DNA of 64,000 nucleotides from Candidatus Shapirobacteria bacterium (GTDB lineage Bacteria; Patescibacteriota; Microgenomatia; UBA12405; JAUWLS01): NCBI GenBank assembly GCA_030613565.1, contig JAUWLS010000001.1, positions 27,355 to 91,354 of the forward strand, read 5' to 3'. Shown piece by piece: positions 58,398 to 64,000 of this stretch (position 1 is its first letter; each line of letters starts with the position of its first letter). The notes under the pieces were generated by a model. It saw only the letters and a program-made list of their open reading frames with translations, ran no database searches and was not told where the DNA came from. The position numbers and the translations under genes were made by a program.

Positions 58398-59057
58398 ATG
58401 GAACTTGTTTCAATTTCTGCTACCAGAAGTAGATCCTGGGTTCGCCTAAGATTTTCTTCTGGTAGTTTTCTATACTTTCCTATAGACAGTCTTGTAGATC
58501 AGTCTCTTAAAAAAGGTCAAAAGATAAGTAAAAAAAAGCTAGTTGAACTAAAAACTATATCACTTCATCAAAAGCTTCTTGAATATTCGTATAAAATATT
58601 AGCTCAACGTTCTTACTCGATTAAAAACATTACTCAAAAAATAGATAGAAAACTATACGAATACAGCAAAAAATACAAACTAGATATCGATTTTGACATT
58701 CAAAAGATAATAGAAATCCTAAAAGAAAAGACTTATCTAGATGACGATAAGTTTGCCAAACAATGGATTGAGGGTCAAATTAGAAAAGCAAAAAAGTCCA
58801 ACAAGATAATTCTTCAATCTCTCTTTCAAAAAGGTATTTGCCCCGCCATTATTAAAAAGTACGAACATCTTCTCGATAAAGACAAAGAAGAAGCTCTCCT
58901 AGAGACACTTTTGGAAAAAAAGACAAAAAACATGAATCTAACCGAACTAAGCAAAGACTATAAGAAACTAAACAAGCTGATTGCTTCTTTTTTAAGAACT
59001 GGTTTTGACTACCATACTATTAGAAAAAAGATTGACCAAAAGCTAAAAAAACAGTAA
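58398..59057 (+). CDS. recX: Regulatory protein RecX
   Basis: Position after recA; three-repeat helical protein of about 220 aa. Confidence 0.6.
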   Translation: MELVSISATRSRSWVRLRFSSGSFLYFPIDSLVDQSLKKGQKISKKKLVELKTISLHQKLLEYSYKILAQRSYSIKNITQKIDRKLYEYSKKYKLDIDFDIQKIIEILKEKTYLDDDKFAKQWIEGQIRKAKKSNKIILQSLFQKGICPAIIKKYEHLLDKDKEEALLETLLEKKTKNMNLTELSKDYKKLNKLIASFLRTGFDYHTIRKKIDQKLKKQ

Positions 59058-59260
59058 AATCAAGCCAAGAAATCTATTACGTTATTTTTTGATTTTTTAA
59101 TTTATTACATTTTATCCCTTTTTCAACCGAAAACTTCTTTTTAAACGTGTTTTGCAAAGCAGAAACTAAGCTACTGTTCAGAGCTATTACCCACCACTTG
59201 ATCTGATCAAGTCAATAACACTGGTCTTTTTCGGAAAAAAAACGGAAAGAAAGGATTTGT

Positions 59261-60790
59261 ATGTTTAATTCAATTTTTTCCAAAGTTAAAAACGTTTTGG
59301 GTCCAGGACACATTGTTGGTCCTCAGGCCCCAGCTCCTAAACCCCAACCACAGCTCAAACATCAACAGCAAGTAAAAGCTGCCCCAAAGCAGCCTCAACC
59401 TCAAGTTAAACCCCAGGCTCCAGCTCCTAAACCCCAACCACAGCCCATATCATCTGAAGCGCAATTAAAAATGGATCGTCTTCTTGATGACTTAAAAAGA
59501 AGAGAAATTGTTTTAACAAAACAACTTCTAACCATAGAAGAAAAAGAATCCTATCTTCGTAGAAAAGAGCAAAATCTTGATCAAAAAAACAACCAACTCT
59601 CAGCCCAAATTCAAGAAATAGAGAAACTTAAAGTTAAGCAACTTGAAAAACTTGAGGAAATTTCTAGTCTCGATCAAAAAAAAGCTAAAGATTTGATTCT
59701 CAAACAAACTGAGAAAAAGTTATCTAGTTGGATTGCCAAAAAGATCGATGAGGCAAAAGATATTCTAAGAGGTAAAGAAGAAGAGGCAGCTAAAGAAATC
59801 TTTGTTGAGGCAATGCGCCACGGTGTAACTGATTATGTTGGAGAATATACCGTCTCTACTATCACTCTTCCTAGTGATGAAATCAAAGGAAAAATAATCG
59901 GTCGAGAAGGAAGAAACATTCGAGCTTTTGAGCGAGCCACAGGAGTCGAGCTTGAGCTTGATGAAACTAATGATATCCGTCTTTCCTCTTTTGATCCAGT
60001 AAGAAGAGAAGTTGCCAAAATCGCTCTTCAAAAACTCATAAAAGATGGTCGAATCCAGCCTGTAAAGATCGAAGAAGTAATCAAACAAACCAGACAACAA
60101 ATGGATAAAATCCTCCTTGACGAAGGTCGAAAAATTTCCCAAGAATGTGGTGTTTACAATCTTCCCACAGAACTTTTAATGCTTATTGGTAAGTTTAAGT
60201 TCAGGTTCTCTTACGGACAAAACCTAGCCATCCACACTATAGAAGAAACTAAAATCGGTGTCGCCATAGCCCAAGAACTGAAAGCCGACGTCAAGACTGT
60301 CCGACTAGCCTGTCTCTTACATGACATCGGTAAAGTGATTATTGATCAAGAGGGAACCCATGTTCAACTAGGTGTCGACCTACTAAGACGCTTCCGTGTT
60401 CCAGAAGCTGTTATTAATGCCGTTGCTGAACATCATGAAGATAAGCCTTTTTCTTCTGTTGAATCTGTAATTGTTTGGATCGCTGATGCTGCTTCAGGAT
60501 CGCGTCCAGGAGCTCGCTATGAGGCCCACGAGGAATATGTTAAACGTCTCTCTAGTATTGAAGACACTGCCAAATCCTTTGAAGGTGTCAAAGATGTTGC
60601 TGCTTATCAAGCAGGTAGGGAAGTTCGAGTAATTGTTGACCCAGAGAAGGTAACTGACGATGAAGGCAAGATTCTTGCTCAAAAGATCGCCGAAAAACTC
60701 GACGAAGAAGCAAAATGGGCCGGACAAATTAAGGTAACCGTCATCAGAGAGAATCGCTTCGCTCATACAATTGTGCCCAAAAAAAACTAA
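59261..60790 (+). CDS. rny: Ribonuclease Y (KH + HD) with a Pro/Gln-rich repeat N-terminus in place of the usual TM anchor
   Basis: KH motif IIGREGRNIRAFE; HD domain LLHDIGK. Confidence 0.85.
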   Translation: MFNSIFSKVKNVLGPGHIVGPQAPAPKPQPQLKHQQQVKAAPKQPQPQVKPQAPAPKPQPQPISSEAQLKMDRLLDDLKRREIVLTKQLLTIEEKESYLRRKEQNLDQKNNQLSAQIQEIEKLKVKQLEKLEEISSLDQKKAKDLILKQTEKKLSSWIAKKIDEAKDILRGKEEEAAKEIFVEAMRHGVTDYVGEYTVSTITLPSDEIKGKIIGREGRNIRAFERATGVELELDETNDIRLSSFDPVRREVAKIALQKLIKDGRIQPVKIEEVIKQTRQQMDKILLDEGRKISQECGVYNLPTELLMLIGKFKFRFSYGQNLAIHTIEETKIGVAIAQELKADVKTVRLACLLHDIGKVIIDQEGTHVQLGVDLLRRFRVPEAVINAVAEHHEDKPFSSVESVIVWIADAASGSRPGARYEAHEEYVKRLSSIEDTAKSFEGVKDVAAYQAGREVRVIVDPEKVTDDEGKILAQKIAEKLDEEAKWAGQIKVTVIRENRFAHTIVPKKN

Positions 60791-60872
60791 AAAGAGAGGA
60801 AAATAGCCCTATCTCTTGACCTTTTTTGGATTTTATGTCTACAATGATTTATTACAAATTTTAATAAATTGT

Positions 60873-61145
60873 ATGACAAAAAAAGACCTAATAGAGATTG
60901 TGGCCAAGAAAGCCAAACTAACAAAGCGCGCTGCCAAACAGGTTGTTGAAACCTTTTTAGACGAGATCATGAAAGCCTTAGCTGCTGGTGAAGTAGTTAA
61001 ACTTTCTGGATTTGGAACTTTTAAGACTAAGGTATTCAAGGCCAAGACCATTAAAGCCATCGGTAGCAAGGAAGATAAAAAAATTGCTTCCCGACGCATG
61101 CCTCGTTATGTGCCCGGAACCAAGATAAAGAAAATGGTTAGATAA
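60873..61145 (+). CDS. hup: DNA-binding protein HU/IHF family
   Basis: MTKKDLIEIVAKKAKLTKRAAKQVVETFLDEI..GFGTF. Confidence 0.85.
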   Translation: MTKKDLIEIVAKKAKLTKRAAKQVVETFLDEIMKALAAGEVVKLSGFGTFKTKVFKAKTIKAIGSKEDKKIASRRMPRYVPGTKIKKMVR

Positions 61146-61163
61146 AATCTTTAAAAAAAACTT

Positions 61164-61200
61164 AAATATCCCGGACTGTTTGTCCGGGATATTTATTTGT
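61164..61200 (+). terminator. 13-bp perfect-stem hairpin (AAAUAUCCCGGAC/GUCCGGGAUAUUU) after hup
   Basis: Seen in sequence; weak U-tract. Confidence 0.45.
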
Positions 61201-61211
61201 ATACTAAACCT

Positions 61212-62192
61212 ATGTCAAAAACTCCTACCATCCAAGTTAAAAACCTTTCTCGTCATTTTTCGGTTCACGACAAAAAACCAGGACTAAAGTCATCTATAAC
61301 CTCTCTTTTTCATAGACCAAAGCGTATTGTAAAAGCCGTTAACAACGTCTCTTTTGACATCAAAGAAGGTGAACTAGTTGGTTTCATTGGTCCAAATGGA
61401 GCCGGTAAGACCACAACTTTAAAGTGTCTATCTGGTCTTCTTTATCCCACAAAGGGCAAAATCTCTATTCTAGACTTCAATCCTTGGCAAAGAAAGAAAG
61501 AATTTTTGCGCCAAATCGGATTTGTCATGGGTCAAAAAAATCAACTCTGGTGGGATATTCCTCCTCAAGAAACTTTTCTTTTAAATAAAGCCATTTATGA
61601 AATAGACAATAAGGCTTACAAAGAAAGACTCGACTTTTTAATTGACGCCCTGGATATTAAAAAAGAAATATCTATCCAGACTCGAAAACTCTCTCTAGGC
61701 CAGAGAATGAAGTGCGAATTTGTCGCTGCCCTTATTCACAGCCCCAAGATTGTCTTCTTAGATGAACCAACCATTGGTCTCGACGTGGTCATGCAAGACA
61801 AGATAAGAGACTTTATAAGAGACTACAACAAGGAATTTAAAGCCACCATCATCCTCACTAGTCATTACATGAAAGACGTTCAAGCTCTCTGCAAAAGACT
61901 TATTATTATCGACAAAGGAAAGCTCTACTACGACGGGGATATTTCTAAATTAAAAAATGGCCTTACTAATAAAAAACTTCTTACCCTTACCTTTAAAGAA
62001 GAGGTCTCAAAAGATAAGTTAGAAAAATTTGGAAAACTAACAAAATTTGAACAACTAAGAGCTACCATCCTTGTTGATCGAAAAAAAACCTCTACCATTG
62101 CCGCCCAGGCTCTAAAAGAACTGCCAATTACAGATTTGAACATAGAGGATATTCCCCTTGAACAAACTATTAAAGAAGTTTTCCAGCGTTGA
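61212..62192 (+). CDS. ABC transporter ATP-binding protein (ABC-2 exporter type)
   Basis: Walker A GPNGAGKTT, signature LSLGQRMK, Walker B IVFLDEPT. Confidence 0.9.
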   Translation: MSKTPTIQVKNLSRHFSVHDKKPGLKSSITSLFHRPKRIVKAVNNVSFDIKEGELVGFIGPNGAGKTTTLKCLSGLLYPTKGKISILDFNPWQRKKEFLRQIGFVMGQKNQLWWDIPPQETFLLNKAIYEIDNKAYKERLDFLIDALDIKKEISIQTRKLSLGQRMKCEFVAALIHSPKIVFLDEPTIGLDVVMQDKIRDFIRDYNKEFKATIILTSHYMKDVQALCKRLIIIDKGKLYYDGDISKLKNGLTNKKLLTLTFKEEVSKDKLEKFGKLTKFEQLRATILVDRKKTSTIAAQALKELPITDLNIEDIPLEQTIKEVFQR

Positions 62193-62982
62193 GAAATATT
62201 TCCTAATCGGCAAAAACACTCTTCAAGAATATTTTGTCTATCGTACGAACTTTATCTTTTGGAGAAGCAGAATGCTGGTTTCATTCTTTATTCTCTTCTA
62301 CTTCTGGGCTGCTGTCTCTGAAACCAACCAGGGAGTTGGTTCCTACACCAGACCCCAGCTCTACGCTTATTTTATTGTTGGTTATGTCATAAGAACTTTG
62401 GTTTTTAGTACTCGTACTGGCGACATTGGAGGGGCTATTACCTCAGGAGACTTATCAAAACACCTTTTAAGACCCCTTAGTGTCCTTAAGTTCTTTTTCA
62501 CCAGAGACTTGGTCGACAAGCTCTTTAATATCTTTTTTATGATTTTTGAATTTGCCTTTATACTTTTTATCTTAAAACCCCAAATGATCCTTCCAAGTCC
62601 AAAAAACCTTTTCTACTTCCTCTCCTTGCTTGTTCTGGCCATTGTTATTTTCTTTTTCTACAGCCTTGTTGTCTCTTTGGCTACTTTTTGGACTGATCAA
62701 GCCTGGTCCCACCGCTGGCTTTTTGGAGTTGTTCTTGTAAACATCTTTTCTGGTCAAGCCATACCTCTTGATCTTTTACCTACCCCTATTTTTAACATTC
62801 TCAAATTCACCCCTTTTCCTTATCTCTACTACTACCCGGTTAAGTTTTGGATAGACGATTCTTTGAATGCTTCTTTTTTACCTCTTTTTATCCAAAGCCT
62901 TTTAATTCTTCTAGTCCTCTTTTTCTTATCTCGTTTTTTCTGGAAAAAAGGTCTTATAAAATATCAAGGATATGGTAACTAA
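62158..62982 (+). CDS. ABC-2 family transporter permease
   Basis: 6-TM hydrophobic protein, overlapping and co-operonic. Confidence 0.75.
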   Translation: MNKLLKKFSSVEKYFLIGKNTLQEYFVYRTNFIFWRSRMLVSFFILFYFWAAVSETNQGVGSYTRPQLYAYFIVGYVIRTLVFSTRTGDIGGAITSGDLSKHLLRPLSVLKFFFTRDLVDKLFNIFFMIFEFAFILFILKPQMILPSPKNLFYFLSLLVLAIVIFFFYSLVVSLATFWTDQAWSHRWLFGVVLVNIFSGQAIPLDLLPTPIFNILKFTPFPYLYYYPVKFWIDDSLNASFLPLFIQSLLILLVLFFLSRFFWKKGLIKYQGYGN

Positions 62983-63763
62983 AAACACTTTTACCGCCTG
63001 GCTGGTCATTGCTAAAAACAATATTCAAAGCCAACTTCTAACTCGCTCTAGTTCAACTCTCTTTATCGTCGGAAAACTGCTTCAGTTTGTTTTCTCTCTC
63101 ATAATCATCAATTCCATTTTTAAAAACACAGGAACCATAAAAGACTACGCCCAAGAAGAAGCCACCATTTTTGTTTTAGTTTATTTCATAATGGATTCTA
63201 TTACTCAGTTTTTCTTCCGTGCCATTTATACCTTCCGTCCAGTTCTTTTAAAAGGGGATTATGATCTTGATCTATTAAAACCCCTTCCTAGTTATTTCAG
63301 ACCCCTTCTTTCCCGTCCTGACTTTTTTGATCTCCCCCCTCTTATTATTCAAATTATTGCTCTTTTCTTTTTCTTAAACCGTTACCAAATTCTAATTACT
63401 CCAACCAACTTTTTTGCTTTTGTTTTAATCGCCATGAATGGAGTGCTCTTAGCTTTTTCCGTTTTTCTTCTTATTGCCTCTTTCTCTATTCTCACCACCG
63501 AGGTAGATAACCTTATCTGGACCTATCGGTCTCTTTCTAACGCCGCACGACTTCCAGTAGATATATATCCTCGTTTCTTTCAATTTATCTTAACTGGCAT
63601 TGTCCCAGTTGCTATCATTATTACTCTACCTGCAAAAGCCCTTTTGGGACTTCTCAACCCTCAGGTCCTAGGTCTTTCTTTACTGATCACTATATTTTTT
63701 GTCTACTCCTCTGTTTTTCTCTGGAGAAAATCTCTTAAACACTATTCTTCAGCCAGTAGTTAG
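62972..63763 (+). CDS. ABC-2 family transporter permease (second)
   Basis: Multi-TM protein, overlapping start. Confidence 0.75.
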   Translation: MVTKNTFTAWLVIAKNNIQSQLLTRSSSTLFIVGKLLQFVFSLIIINSIFKNTGTIKDYAQEEATIFVLVYFIMDSITQFFFRAIYTFRPVLLKGDYDLDLLKPLPSYFRPLLSRPDFFDLPPLIIQIIALFFFLNRYQILITPTNFFAFVLIAMNGVLLAFSVFLLIASFSILTTEVDNLIWTYRSLSNAARLPVDIYPRFFQFILTGIVPVAIIITLPAKALLGLLNPQVLGLSLLITIFFVYSSVFLWRKSLKHYSSASS

Positions 63764-63835
63764 GATGATCTTCCCCTTAACCATTTTATAAGCTAAAATA
63801 GGAACATTGTTTTCCTGCCTTGAAATGGAGTATTT

Positions 63836-64000
63836 TTGGTGCCTAATGTAGAAATAATAGATCACAGACCTCAAATAAAAAAAACCCTCGCTAGAGTTGG
63901 TGTTAATCCTGAAGAAATTAGACCCCACTTAGAAAGATATATACAAAAAAATGCTCCGCCAGATATTGTTCAAGAAATGTCACAAGCCCTTGAAAAAGGT
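63836..64000 (+). CDS. Partial CDS (TTG/GTG start) running off the window end; unknown function
   Basis: Open frame of 55 codons to nt 64000: LVPNVEIIDHRPQIKKTLARVGVNPEEIRPHLERY... Confidence 0.3.
   Translation, partial: MVPNVEIIDHRPQIKKTLARVGVNPEEIRPHLERYIQKNAPPDIVQEMSQALEKG

Overview
This 64-kb window has the hallmarks of a small-genome, low-GC (about 38-40%) bacterium of the Candidate Phyla Radiation / Patescibacteria type. Genes are tightly packed, almost all on the + strand, and many ribosomal and polymerase proteins carry lysine- or Ala/Pro-rich tails. rpmD (L30) is absent, AlaRS lacks its C-terminal domain, and a sortase suggests a monoderm envelope. The lineage assignment is an inference from these traits, not a database result.

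The core of the window (15.2-44.3 kb) is one co-directional information-processing superoperon: rpoB-rpoC-rpsL-rpsG, two inserted membrane-protein genes, fusA-tuf, then the S10, spc and alpha ribosomal clusters with secY-adk-map-infA-rpmJ and rpsM-rpsK-rpsD-rpoA-rplQ-rplM-rpsI. The 5' part (1-15 kb) holds RNase J (partial), proS, ftsK, a RodZ-like gene, alaS, a large membrane protein co-operonic with a sortase, ruvX, mltG, an SDR and a SemiSWEET-like gene.

The 3' part (45-64 kb) is a patchwork of housekeeping and accessory genes. Housekeeping: uppP, truB, ddl, recA-recX, rny, hup and an ABC-2 exporter. Accessory: three NUDIX hydrolases, one fused to an N-terminal wHTH; a GrpB-family nucleotidyltransferase directly followed by a Tpt1/KptA-like ADP-ribosyltransferase lobe; and an HD phosphohydrolase.

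These accessory genes lie within or next to a roughly 2.7-kb segment bracketed by 166-bp inverted copies of the 5' end of a decayed IS30-family element, beside a tRNA-Pro(GGG). The segment also contains a truncated carbamoyltransferase gene abutting a roughly 780-bp GC-rich non-coding tract of unknown nature. A DUF3800-like gene sits between ddl and recA, flanked by a duplicated 36-bp promoter block.

I found no CRISPR arrays and no rRNA genes. I consider the NAD+/ADP-ribose-themed accessory locus (47.9-54.1 kb), with its IS30 remnants and GC-rich tract, the most likely place for an undescribed system.
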